A stretch of DNA of 64,000 nucleotides from Nitrospirota bacterium (GTDB lineage Bacteria; Nitrospirota; Thermodesulfovibrionia; Thermodesulfovibrionales; Dissulfurispiraceae), in the NCBI GenBank assembly GCA_963710375.1, contig CAVPZX010000005.1, positions 461,823-525,822 of the forward strand, read 5' to 3'. Under the pieces are notes generated by a model. That model was not told the origin of the DNA. It made no database searches and saw only the letters and a list, made by a program, of their open reading frames with translations. Below are positions 39,159-48,932 of the stretch, piece after piece. Numbering within the stretch: the stretch's first letter is position 1; each line of letters opens with the position of its first letter. The translations under genes were made by a program, and so were the position numbers.

Positions 39159-41006
39159 GTGGCTGAAAAGTTTCTGGAGAATATTGTGGCTGCGGCCCTG
39201 GAAGATTATGAGCCCAGGCAGCCCCAAATGGACATGATGCGCGCCTGTGCCGGGATGATTGAAAAGGGCGGCACTCTTCTGGCAGAAGCGGGCACCGGCA
39301 CCGGCAAAACATTCGCTTATCTTATTCCGCTGCTTGCATCTGGCGGCAGGGCTGTTATTTCTACGAGGACAATCAATCTCCAGGAGCAGATTGTATCAAA
39401 AGACCTGAAGTTCCTTTCGGGCCTGAAACCGTTTGACTATGCTATCGCAAAAGGCCGGGGCAATTATCTTTGCCTGAGGAGGCTTAATTCATTCAGGACT
39501 TCAGAAGAGCGCGAAAATGAGGAATACGCTGAGCTGCTGAGGTGGGCGTCCAGAACAGGAACAGGGGACATAGAAGATTACGGGTTCAGACGGGTGCATA
39601 TATGGGACAAGGTTTGCTCTGATTCCGATGCATGTAAGGGCAACCAGTGCGCTTTTTTTTCCCAATGCTTCTACTTCACCGCCAGGGGGCAGTGGGACAA
39701 GGCACAGATAATCGTGGCGAACCATGCCCTGGTCGGAATTAATGCATTATTTGATCGTGATGCGCGGCTGCTGCCCAAAGCAGATATGCTGATTATCGAC
39801 GAGGCGCATGCGCTTGACAGCGTGCTTTCTGATGTGGCGGGCCTTTCTTTATCAAACAGAGGATTCGAAATAATCATGAACAGACTGCTTAAACTTGACG
39901 ACAAAGGTACATACAGGGGACTTCTTTCACAAACTCCTGATCTGTTTCAGGCTGTTGAATCGCTCAGGACAGAAATGGGACTTTTTTGGATAAAGGTAAA
40001 AAATGTTGCAAAACACAGGGAGACGATTAAGGGGACTTTTGAGCTGAAAGGTCAATTAATCAGACTTGCTAACGCCATAGAGGGGCTTATAGGGAATATG
40101 GTAATCTGCACTACAGGACTTTTCCAGGAGGATGATGAGCTTGAGATCAAGGCATCGATAGTAAAGCTAAAGTCATTCGCGGAAGGGATGGATGCATTCA
40201 CCGATGGATTGGATGGTTTTGTCCGCTGGGCCGATATAGAAGAAAAAAGAATTGCTCTCAGGATGGCGCCGGTCTATCCGAAAGATTTTATGATGCGGCA
40301 CATCCTGCCTGAGTACCGGTCGGTCATCCTTGCTTCAGCCACGCTTTCGGTTGCCGGGGATTTCGGTTTCGTCACCAAAGTGCTCGGACTTGAGGGCGCT
40401 GAAACACTGTCAGTCCCATCTCCATTTGATCTCGGGAAACAGATAGCAGTACATATTAAAAAGGGAATAAATCTCAAACTGCCGGGCAGCAGCGGGAAGC
40501 TTGCCGGCGTAATTATTGAAGAGGCATCAAAAAGGGACGGCGGCATCCTGGTGCTTTTTACATCACGGGAAAGCATGCGTGCAGCTTGGGCTATTGCCAA
40601 CGGAGCGTTGCAGGATATGGGGCTGAATCCAATGGTGCAGGGGGAGATGCCGAACAGGTTGATGCTCGAAAAAATGCGGGGAAGTGAAAATAGTGTTATT
40701 TTCGGCCTGGATTCGTTCTGGGAAGGAGTGGATGTGAAGGGAGACTCACTGAAGTGCCTGATTATTGCAAAACTCCCGTTTGAAGTACCTACGGAGCCTG
40801 TTGTTAAGGCACGGACCGAGGAGATAGAAATGGGAGGCGGTAATGCATTTTATGAATACTCGCTGCCGCGGGCAGTGCTAAAATTCAAGCAGGGGTTCGG
40901 CAGACTGATAAGGTCGAGTAGTGACAGCGGAAGGGTTATCATCTGTGACGAGAGAATCGAGACAATGGCATACGGGCGCATTTTTATGGAAAGCATACTG
41001 CGGTAA
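39159..41006 (+). CDS. DinG/YoaA family ATP-dependent helicase
   Basis: EAGTGTGKT, KGRGNYLC, DEAH, FWEGVDV, QGFGRLIR. Confidence 0.92.
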   Translation: MAEKFLENIVAAALEDYEPRQPQMDMMRACAGMIEKGGTLLAEAGTGTGKTFAYLIPLLASGGRAVISTRTINLQEQIVSKDLKFLSGLKPFDYAIAKGRGNYLCLRRLNSFRTSEERENEEYAELLRWASRTGTGDIEDYGFRRVHIWDKVCSDSDACKGNQCAFFSQCFYFTARGQWDKAQIIVANHALVGINALFDRDARLLPKADMLIIDEAHALDSVLSDVAGLSLSNRGFEIIMNRLLKLDDKGTYRGLLSQTPDLFQAVESLRTEMGLFWIKVKNVAKHRETIKGTFELKGQLIRLANAIEGLIGNMVICTTGLFQEDDELEIKASIVKLKSFAEGMDAFTDGLDGFVRWADIEEKRIALRMAPVYPKDFMMRHILPEYRSVILASATLSVAGDFGFVTKVLGLEGAETLSVPSPFDLGKQIAVHIKKGINLKLPGSSGKLAGVIIEEASKRDGGILVLFTSRESMRAAWAIANGALQDMGLNPMVQGEMPNRLMLEKMRGSENSVIFGLDSFWEGVDVKGDSLKCLIIAKLPFEVPTEPVVKARTEEIEMGGGNAFYEYSLPRAVLKFKQGFGRLIRSSSDSGRVIICDERIETMAYGRIFMESILR

Positions 41007-41046
41007 AAGAAGTTGATCGAACAATGGCTTTTTGAAAGGAGAATCG

Positions 41047-41403
41047 ATGGCAAAAACATTTACATTGTTTCTGTCCACATCGCCGTATTCTTACGAGAAC
41101 ACTGTTAGCGCCGTAAAAATCGCTGAATCTGCTTTAAACAAAGGTCATACAGTTAATCTCATTGCATCAGGGGACGGCACTTATTGTTTTCTCAAAAGCC
41201 AGAAAGCTAAAGGCATACTTAATGCCGAGGAGGCATTTTCAGGGCTTATTCAAAAAGGACTGAGGGTGTTTATTTGAGGAGGGTGCATGAACTTTCGCCG
41301 TGCAGCGAAAGATAATTACCTCGATGGAGCTGAGGTAGGGTCACTGAAGGGTCTTTTCAAAACTCTCTCGGAGACGGATATCTGGCTTAATCTTGGAGCA
41401 TAA
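41047..41403 (+). CDS. DsrE/TusD family selenoprotein (UxxC), 118 aa
   Basis: LSTSPY...GHTVNL...DGTY; after in-frame TGA 41275-41277 the frame continues GGCMNFRRAAKDNYLDGAEVGSLKGLFKTLSETDIWLNLGA to TAA 41403. Confidence 0.88.
41292..41311 (+). promoter_or_regulatory. Putative bacterial SECIS hairpin
   Basis: ctttcgc-cgtgca-gcgaaag, a perfect 7-bp stem starting 14 nt 3' of the UGA. Confidence 0.65.
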
Positions 41404-41416
41404 TACGGAGGACTAT

Positions 41417-41770
41417 ATGTCGAAGATCATAATGATTCTGAGAAGGCCTCCTTATGGAGACATAAATGCGGCAGAGGCTGTGAGGCATGCAATGGGCGGC
41501 ATTGCGGATGATCTGAACATCCATCTTGTTCTGATTGATGGCGGAGTGCTCTTGACTAAAAAAGGTCAGGACGAGTCAGGGACGGGTTTCACGAATCTTG
41601 AGGAAGCATTAAAGGATTGCATAGATATGGGGGTAGAAGTGTCTGCTGAGGAACTTTCTTTAAGGGACAACTGTTTAGAGCCGCCGGATATCGTTGACGG
41701 GGTCAAGATCATAAGCGAGGCCGAAATAGCTCAACTTTTGACTCATGCAAAGACAACGATGATTTTTTAG
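41417..41770 (+). CDS. DsrF/TusC family protein
   Basis: ILRRPPYG...EAVR, LIDGGV, SLRD, C-terminal TMIF; RBS ggagga. Confidence 0.8.
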   Translation: MSKIIMILRRPPYGDINAAEAVRHAMGGIADDLNIHLVLIDGGVLLTKKGQDESGTGFTNLEEALKDCIDMGVEVSAEELSLRDNCLEPPDIVDGVKIISEAEIAQLLTHAKTTMIF

Positions 41771-41789
41771 AGAAAAGGAGGAGAAGTGC

Positions 41790-42071
41790 ATGATAGTGAT
41801 AGTGAAAAGCGCCCCTGATACACCGGACGGACAAAGAGGACTAAAACTGGCGAGGGATATGGCAGCAGATTTGATTCTTCTTCAAAACAGTGTTTATTTT
41901 GTCCAAGGGCAAAGACTTGAGGACTTTCCGGGCAAGATATATGTCGTTGATGAAGACTTGAGACTCAGGGGTTTGAATGACAGCCGGTTTAGAAACGATT
42001 TTGAAATAATCAATTACGATACCGCTGTCGATTTAATGACCGAAGGCAATAAAGTAGTAGGGATGTTTTGA
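41790..42071 (+). CDS. DsrH/TusB family protein
   Basis: LILLQNSVY, YVVDEDLRLRG, IINYDTAVDL. Confidence 0.85.
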   Translation: MIVIVKSAPDTPDGQRGLKLARDMAADLILLQNSVYFVQGQRLEDFPGKIYVVDEDLRLRGLNDSRFRNDFEIINYDTAVDLMTEGNKVVGMF

Positions 42072-42135
42072 CAAGCGGCCTTGGTGTGAATTCCATGAAA
42101 AAGGGTCACATCTCTGCAACCCTTTGATTTTCAAG

Positions 42136-42210
42136 CGTCCCCAAAGGGATTCGAACCCTTGTTACCGCCGTGAAAGGGCGATGTCCTAGGCCGGGCTAGA
42201 CGATAGGGAC
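42136..42210 (-). tRNA. tRNA-Glu (TTC)
   Basis: Anticodon arm tcgcc-ctTTCac-ggcgg, GGTTCGAATCC T-arm. Confidence 0.93.
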
Positions 42211-42254
42211 ATCAGATTACAATGCGTAACGTATTGCTCGTTACGGTCTTCAAG

Positions 42255-42327
42255 TGAGCCGCGTTGGATTCGAACCAACGACCCACGCCTTAAAAGGGCG
42301 TTGCTCTACCAACTGAGCTAGCGGCCC
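42255..42327 (-). tRNA. tRNA-Lys (TTT)
   Basis: Anticodon arm acgcc-ctTTTaa-ggcgt, GGTTCGAATCC T-arm. Confidence 0.93.
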
Positions 42328-42567
42328 TCAGCAGCAAAGTAAACACTTCGCTTAAATCAGAATTAATAATCTACTATTTGTATCAGTTTTTTGTCAACTA
42401 ACACCCAAGCAATAGCAACGAGTAACGGGCTATAAGTAATGGATAACAACCTGAATTAAAATACAAATACTTGCCTATAGCCTACTGCCTATAGCCTGTT
42501 AACTGTTACCTATTTTGACATTAAGGTGTTTATTATGTTAAAAAAACATATAAAAAATCAATCGGGT

Positions 42568-42751
42568 TAGGACTCGCGAATAAATAACTTGTGCATTCAG
42601 GCGCTCAGATTTGGGTCAGATTTGGCTGATCCGACTGAGCAAAACCGCAGGCGTAGCAGAGCTACGCTGAGGATTTTGAGACTGAGGATCGGGCAAAGAT
42701 GGCCTGAAGATGAGATGCATCAAGGTATAAGTTATTTATTCGCGAGTCCTA
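42568..42751. mobile_element. MITE-like palindromic element (184 bp)
   Basis: 23-bp perfect terminal inverted repeats taggactcgcgaataaataactt / aagttatttattcgcgagtccta, with an internal hairpin. Confidence 0.75.
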
Positions 42752-42762
42752 GGGGGCGTTAT

Positions 42763-44017
42763 ATGCATCTTTTCAATTATAAAAATGGAGAATTGTATGC
42801 TGAAGATGTGGCAGTGAAGGATATTGTTGCCAAATTCGGCACTCCTGTCTTTATTTACAGCTATAACACTCTGCTTAGGCATCTTAAGGCATATAAAGAT
42901 GCATTTGGCGGCTTTCCACACCTGATTTGTTATGCCATCAAAGCTAACTCAAACATTGCGCTTTTGAAACTGTTTGCAAAAAACGGAAGCGGTGCGGATG
43001 TTGTTTCAGGAGGAGAACTTTACAGGGCGCTTAAAGCCGGTATCCCGGCAAGGAAAATGGTATATGCCGGCGTCGGCAAAACCGGAGAGGAGATTCGGTA
43101 TGCCTTGAAAAGCAAGATTCTTATGTTTAACGTGGAATCTGAGAATGAGCTGCGGGAAATTGACAGAATTGCGGGTAAAATGAAGACAAAAGCCCCGGTT
43201 GCGCTAAGGATCAATCCTGATATAGACACCATGACCCATCCCTATATCTCTACCGGATTGAGAAAACATAAATTCGGAATCCCGATGGAGAATGCGCTCG
43301 AGTACTACAAGCTTGCACTCGACATGAAAAATGTCTCTGTTATCGGCATTCACAAGCATATCGGTTCCCAGCTCACAAAAGTTTTGCCGTTTGTTGATGC
43401 ACTCAAGAGGATACTGATGCTTATGGATGAACTTTCAAAGCACGGGGTAAAGATAGAATATCTCGACATTGGAGGTGGGTTGGGCATCACTTATTACGAT
43501 GAGACTCCCCCAAATCCAGCGCAGCTTGCGAGGAATATTTTGCCTTTGCTTAAAGACAGAAAGCTTACACTTATTTTAGAACCTGGCAGGTCTATTGTAG
43601 GCAATGCAGGCATTCTGGTTACTAAGACACTTTATCTCAAAAAAGGAGAAGATAAGGATTTTGTCATAGTCGATGCTGGAATGAACGATCTCATACGGCC
43701 TTCCATCTACAGTGCGTACCACCATGTGCAGCCTGTGCTGAAAAACCGAAAAGAGAAGATATTTGCGGATATAGTAGGTCCTATATGCGAGTCCGGAGAT
43801 TTTCTTGCTAAGGACAGGGAGACTGCAGAGCGTCATGCAGGGTGAGTATCTTGCAGTGATGAGTGCAGGAGCATACGGGTTTGCCATGTCGTCAAATTAT
43901 AACAGCCGCACAAGGGCTGCAGAGGTGATCGTAAAAGGCAAGAGCTGTTCCCTTATCAGAAAAAGGGAGATTTACAGCGATCTCGTGAAGGGCGAGAGTA
44001 TTCCGAAGTTTATCTGA
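42763..44017 (+). CDS. lysA: Diaminopimelate decarboxylase, with an apparent 1-nt insertion near 43820
   Basis: YAIKAN, HKHIGSQ, EPGR, GPICESGD; the C-terminus GAYGFAMSSNYNSR is in the +1 frame. Confidence 0.92.
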
Positions 44018-44019
44018 AT

Positions 44020-45132
44020 ATGGAACTTGTTTTTACAAAAATGCAAGGGACGGGCAATGACTTTGTTGTTATTGACAGCAGGGATGTCGACTTGTCTCGT
44101 CATTTCGATATGCCTGAACTTGCCAGGACGCTCTGCAACAGGAGATTCGGCATTGGCGCGGACCAGCTCTTGATGCTTTGTTCCTCCTCTGAAGCTGATT
44201 TTAAAATGGTGATATTCAATGCAGACGGGAGCGAGGTCGAGATGTGCGGCAACGGTATACGATGCCTTGCCAAATATATCTGGGACCGGAAAATTGCAAC
44301 CAAGGATATCTTGAAAATCGAAACTGCTGCCGGAGTAAGGCGGCCCGAACGTATCGGAGACCTGGTCAGAGTTGACATGGGAGAGCCGGTACTGGCGGCA
44401 GATGAAATTCCGGTTGCCATCGAATCCGCTAACCCGATAATTGATCATCCGCTGATGGTAAATGGCCGGGTGCTCAAGACTACCTGTGTTTCGATGGGGA
44501 ACCCCCATGCAGTAATTTTTCTAAATGAAGATTTTGACAACTTTCCGGTCAATGTTTATGGGCCTGCTGTAGAGAGCCACTCTATTTTTCCGAATAAAAC
44601 CAATGTCGAGTTTGTGAATGTGCTGAATAAAAAGGAAATGAAGATGAGGGTCTGGGAGAGAGGGGTAGGGGAGACATTGGCTTGCGGAACAGGAGCATCG
44701 GCAGCTGCAGTAGCTGCGATACTGAAAGAGCTCACTGACAGGAAAGTGACCATTCACCTTTTGGGAGGAGATATCACTATAGAATGGCCCAGGGATGAGC
44801 GGGTGTTTATGACAGGTCCGGCTGTAGAGGTTTTTGAGGGCAGGATTGCCAATCTTTCCGAAAAGAGGGCCGAACAAAGAAGACATCAGCGCTTGGCCTG
44901 TCAAACCCAGTTCTCTTTCTACAAGAAGGGAGAATCCGGTAATAAGCTTTATAAGTGCGCGTGCGTCGATATAAGCGAATCCGGAGTGGGAGTGGTTGCA
45001 GAAACCGAACTGAAGCCTGGCACTATTATCGCTTTCTTAAAAAAAGATGGTCAGTCGGTGCTCAGGAACGCTGTAGTAATTTGGAGTATAAATTTTAAAG
45101 ACAAATGCAAAGCCGGCCTGATGTTTATATGA
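44020..45132 (+). CDS. dapF: Diaminopimelate epimerase with C-terminal PilZ domain
   Basis: GTGNDF, NADGSEVEMCGNG, SMGNPH, ERGVGETLACGTG; then RRHQR and DISESG. Confidence 0.9.
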   Translation: MELVFTKMQGTGNDFVVIDSRDVDLSRHFDMPELARTLCNRRFGIGADQLLMLCSSSEADFKMVIFNADGSEVEMCGNGIRCLAKYIWDRKIATKDILKIETAAGVRRPERIGDLVRVDMGEPVLAADEIPVAIESANPIIDHPLMVNGRVLKTTCVSMGNPHAVIFLNEDFDNFPVNVYGPAVESHSIFPNKTNVEFVNVLNKKEMKMRVWERGVGETLACGTGASAAAVAAILKELTDRKVTIHLLGGDITIEWPRDERVFMTGPAVEVFEGRIANLSEKRAEQRRHQRLACQTQFSFYKKGESGNKLYKCACVDISESGVGVVAETELKPGTIIAFLKKDGQSVLRNAVVIWSINFKDKCKAGLMFI

Positions 45133-45251
45133 AAAACAGGTTAAGGTTAAGGATAAAATAGTTCGTATGACGAAAAAGAAGAGTTATTCTTTTTTATCTA
45201 ACCCTTAACCTTAACCTTGACTTTAACCTCAGTCTTATAAGGAGGTCTCTA

Positions 45252-46124
45252 ATGCTTAGCGGTTCCATTGTTGCACTGGTAACACCATTCAAGAAGGGTA
45301 AATTTGATGAAAAGGCTTACAGTAATCTTATCGAATGGCATATTGCCCAGGGGACCCACGGCATTGTGCCCTGTGGTACGACAGGAGAGGCATCAACTCT
45401 TGATTATGATGATCATTTCCGTGTTATCGAGGTGGCTGTTAAGACGGCAAGTAAGCGTATACCGGTGATTGCCGGAACAGGGTCAAATGCCACTGACGAA
45501 GCGATAGATATTACAATGAAGGCAAAAAAGCTCGGCGCCGATGCTGCCTTACTGGTTACGCCGTACTATAATAAACCTACACAGGAAGGGCTCTTCCGGC
45601 ATTTTAAGGCTGTTGCAGATGCGGTGGATATCCCTGTCGTGCTTTATAATGTTCCCGGCAGAACAGCGGTCAATATGCTCCCCGCAACCGTTGCGCGCCT
45701 GGCGGAGTGCAAGAACATTGTTGCGATAAAAGAGGCGACGGGTGATTTAAAGCAGGTTAGTGAGCTGATCAGGCTATGCGGCGACAGGATTACAGTCGTT
45801 TCAGGTGATGACTTTACCGTACTGCCGCTCCTCGCCCTCGGCGGCAAGGGAGTGATTACAGTTACCGGCAATATTGCACCAGGGGACATGGCTGAAATGT
45901 GCAATGCCTGGGACAGGGGAGATATTGCAAAGGCGCGTGAACTGCACTTTAAACTCGAACCTCTCAACGCAGCCATGTTTATCGAGACTAACCCGATTCC
46001 GGTAAAAACGGCCCTTGCGCTTATGGGAAAGATAAGTGAGGAATTCAGGCTCCCTCTATGCGAAATGTCCTCTGCAAATAAAGAGAAACTGAAAGGTGCG
46101 CTGAAAAATGCGGGAATCATTTAA
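45252..46124 (+). CDS. dapA: 4-hydroxy-tetrahydrodipicolinate synthase
   Basis: GTTGE, PYYNKP, YNVPGRT, IKEATG, ETNPIPVK. Confidence 0.97.
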   Translation: MLSGSIVALVTPFKKGKFDEKAYSNLIEWHIAQGTHGIVPCGTTGEASTLDYDDHFRVIEVAVKTASKRIPVIAGTGSNATDEAIDITMKAKKLGADAALLVTPYYNKPTQEGLFRHFKAVADAVDIPVVLYNVPGRTAVNMLPATVARLAECKNIVAIKEATGDLKQVSELIRLCGDRITVVSGDDFTVLPLLALGGKGVITVTGNIAPGDMAEMCNAWDRGDIAKARELHFKLEPLNAAMFIETNPIPVKTALALMGKISEEFRLPLCEMSSANKEKLKGALKNAGII

Positions 46125-46725
46125 GAAAAGGCAAAGGGCAAAGGGCGTGGGGCAAAAGTTAGAAGAAGACACAAAAGGTGGAAAGTCTGTGTTTTATTCT
46201 TTACTTTTTACCTTTTGTTTTTTGCCTTTAGCCTTTAGCCTTTTGCCTTTAGCCGATTCCGTTATTTACGCCGGTCCTCCTTCCCCATTTGACGGAGAAA
46301 AAAATATTAACCAGCAGGCGCCAGAATTTGCATTAAAAGATATTAACGGCAATACGCTCTCTCTATCTTCTTATAAGGGCAGGGTGGTTCTTCTTAACTT
46401 CTGGGCAACCTGGTGCCCGTCCTGCAGAGAGGAGATGCCCTCTTTGAATAAGTTGAGTCAAAAGTTAAAAAACAGGAATTTCTCAATTATTGAGGTATCC
46501 GCCGATCGGTCAGTCTCGGATGTAAAGGATTATCTGAGGAAACATCCTTCAGACTGCACCGTAGTGGTGGATGACAGCCTTTCCGTATCAAGATCTCTTT
46601 ATAAAGTGTTTGTGCTGCCGACGAGCTTCCTTATCGATAAGAAAGGCATAATTGTGAAGAAGTACTACGGGGGAGAAGACTGGGATGGTTCTGAAATGGT
46701 AAGTAAAATAGAGTCACTCCTGTAA
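46108..46725 (+). CDS. TlpA/ResA family thiol-disulfide oxidoreductase
   Basis: LLNFWATWCPSCREEMP, LPTSFLID. Confidence 0.9.
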   Translation: MRESFKKRQRAKGVGQKLEEDTKGGKSVFYSLLFTFCFLPLAFSLLPLADSVIYAGPPSPFDGEKNINQQAPEFALKDINGNTLSLSSYKGRVVLLNFWATWCPSCREEMPSLNKLSQKLKNRNFSIIEVSADRSVSDVKDYLRKHPSDCTVVVDDSLSVSRSLYKVFVLPTSFLIDKKGIIVKKYYGGEDWDGSEMVSKIESLL

Positions 46726-47553
46726 GCCATGCCTCCAATACTTGATTTTAGGTGCTGAAGACAGCAGCAATTTTGTGTAGGGATGTTTGGGTGACTGGAA
46801 CAGATCTTCGGTTTTGGCCTGTTCGACGATTTTCCCGAGATGCATGACCGCGACCTCATCGCTGAAATATCGGACGACGTTTAAATCATGGCTGATAAGA
46901 ATGAAAGATATAGACGAGGTCTTCCTTATCTTCTGGAAGAGATTAAGAATTTGTGCCTGGATTGAGACATCAAGTGAGGAAAGCGGTTCATCGGCAATAA
47001 TTAATTCCGGTGACAGTGCAAGTGCCCGAGCAATGCATATCCTCTGACGCTGTCCGCCGCTAAACTCGTGAGGATACCTGGATAAGGCGTCCTTAGTGAG
47101 GCCCACCTGATCCAAAAGCTGATTTACTCTGTTTGCAATCTCATTTTGAGGAAGGATATCGTGGACTTTTAGAGGCTCCGATAACGTGTCAATAATTCTC
47201 ATCCGTGGATTGAGTGACGCAAAAGGGTCCTGAAATACTACCTGAACAGACCTTCTGAATTGTTTAAGCTTCGCACCGTTAAAGCCGGCAATGTTTTCAC
47301 CTTTGAATAGAATTGCTCCTTCCGTAGGAGTAAGCAGCTTCAGTATCATTTTCGCTACAGTTGATTTCCCGCATCCACTCTCACCGACAATGGCAAAAAC
47401 GCGGTCTTTCACAACTTCGAAGCTTATGCCGTCAACTGCCTTAAGCAAGTTGCCGGTTGTCCCCCGGCTCCCCTTTACATGGAAATATTTCCTGATTGAA
47501 TCAACAGCAAGAAAAGGTGCCCCGGAACAGCTCATTTTGCTGTTATCAGCCAT
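46714..47553 (-). CDS. Oligopeptide/dipeptide ABC ATPase (OppF/DppF-like)
   Basis: [25 protein letters not shown]. Confidence 0.92.
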   Translation of the reverse strand: MADNSKMSCSGAPFLAVDSIRKYFHVKGSRGTTGNLLKAVDGISFEVVKDRVFAIVGESGCGKSTVAKMILKLLTPTEGAILFKGENIAGFNGAKLKQFRRSVQVVFQDPFASLNPRMRIIDTLSEPLKVHDILPQNEIANRVNQLLDQVGLTKDALSRYPHEFSGGQRQRICIARALALSPELIIADEPLSSLDVSIQAQILNLFQKIRKTSSISFILISHDLNVVRYFSDEVAVMHLGKIVEQAKTEDLFQSPKHPYTKLLLSSAPKIKYWRHGLQE

Positions 47554-48526
47554 TTGCCAGACCCCCCTGTACTTCTTTCCATCTTATACATCTCACATAA
47601 TGATTGCCGGCAATACCTAAGAGTTCAGGCTCTGCCAGGGTGCACTGGGGAATCATCGCAAAGCACCTGTCTGAGAATTTGCATCCCTCAGGCAAATGAC
47701 CTGGAGCAGGAACAAAACCTGCTATTGGCTTAAGTGATGCGCCCCTGGAAACCGGCAGGGATTCAAGGAGACCTATTGTATATGGATGTGAAGGGTTCTC
47801 GAAGAGTTCCTGCACATCGGCAAGCTCCATTATCCTTCCAGCATACATAATTGCAACTCTGTCTGCCTGCTCGGAAATAATACTCAGATCATGAGTAATC
47901 AGGAGGATCGCCATCTTCCTCTCCCTTCGTAATTCCTGCAGGAGTGAGAGTATCTGTGCCTGTATGGTTACGTCCAGCGCAGTAGTAGGTTCGTCGGCGA
48001 TAAGGAGGGAAGGGTTACAGGCTATGGCAATTGCAATCATTACACGCTGCCGCATTCCTCCCGACAACTGGTGGGGATAATCCTTGACCCTGGATTCAGG
48101 AGAGGCTATTTTTACCGCCCGCAACAATTCGACCGCGTTTTCCATTGCCTTTTTTTTAGAAAAGTTCAAATGGGCAATAAGCGTTTCTGCTATCTGATAT
48201 CCGACTGTCAGGGCAGGATTGAGAGAGGTCATAGGTTCCTGGAAGACCATAGCTATGTCTTTCCCCCGTATCTGCCGCATTTCCCTGTCACCGAGCGACA
48301 GAAGATTCTTGCTGTTGAAGAAGATTTCTCCTTCTGCATAAGCATGGGGTGGAAGGATGCGCAGAATAGACAGGGCTGTAAGGCTCTTGCCGCAGCCGCT
48401 TTCGCCAACCAACCCAAACACCTCGGCCCCCTTTATATCAAAGGAAAGGCCGGATACGACTTTCAAGGGATATTGATCGGCAGAGAACAAAACCGAGAGG
48501 TTTTTTATATCCAGAAGAGGGGGCAT
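47546..48526 (-). CDS. Oligopeptide/dipeptide ABC ATPase (OppD/DppD-like)
   Basis: [29 protein letters not shown]-terminal Cys motif. Confidence 0.92.
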   Translation of the reverse strand: MPPLLDIKNLSVLFSADQYPLKVVSGLSFDIKGAEVFGLVGESGCGKSLTALSILRILPPHAYAEGEIFFNSKNLLSLGDREMRQIRGKDIAMVFQEPMTSLNPALTVGYQIAETLIAHLNFSKKKAMENAVELLRAVKIASPESRVKDYPHQLSGGMRQRVMIAIAIACNPSLLIADEPTTALDVTIQAQILSLLQELRRERKMAILLITHDLSIISEQADRVAIMYAGRIMELADVQELFENPSHPYTIGLLESLPVSRGASLKPIAGFVPAPGHLPEGCKFSDRCFAMIPQCTLAEPELLGIAGNHYVRCIRWKEVQGGLANG

Positions 48527-48557
48527 CCCAACCATGATAATGGGTTATCGTGGAGAA

Positions 48558-48851
48558 TTACTTCTCCTGTGCCGGCTCATTGAGTGCATCGTGAAAGGGC
48601 TTGCCCAGTTTGAAATGCAATACCCTCTTGGCTGGTACATCGACTTTTTCCCCGGTCCTCGGGTTTCTCGCAATCTTTGCGTTCCTTTGCTTGATTCTGA
48701 AATTACCGAAGCCCCTGATTTCTATCTTTTCACCGCGCGCGAGGGCATCTTTCATTCCATCGAAGATTGTGTTAATAATAGTTTCTACCTGCTTTTTCGT
48801 AAGACCTTCGACCTTCTCTGTTACTTGTTCAATTAATACCGATTTTGTCAT
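48558..48851 (-). CDS. ihfB: Integration host factor beta / HU family
   Basis: MTKSVLI, IEIRGFG, ARNPRTG, HFKLGK. Confidence 0.8.
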   Translation of the reverse strand: MTKSVLIEQVTEKVEGLTKKQVETIINTIFDGMKDALARGEKIEIRGFGNFRIKQRNAKIARNPRTGEKVDVPAKRVLHFKLGKPFHDALNEPAQEK

Positions 48852-48932
48852 CTGTCTCTTCCTCGTAGAATTATGGCCATGGGTTAAGCTAATAGGTTTT
48901 TTCCTAAACCTTAACCTAAACCTTAATCTCTT

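Noticed and set aside
7523..41277. Genome-wide UGA reassignment (genetic code 4 or 25) as the explanation for the in-frame TGAs
   Set aside because: Many genes end normally at TGA (e.g. sixA, the LUD gene, osmC, dapF). The two read-through cases fall at redox Cys positions and have downstream hairpins.
42568..42751. Structured leader upstream of lysA as a lysine riboswitch or T-box
   Set aside because: I could not find the riboswitch or T-box consensus. Perfect 23-bp terminal inverted repeats fit a MITE better.
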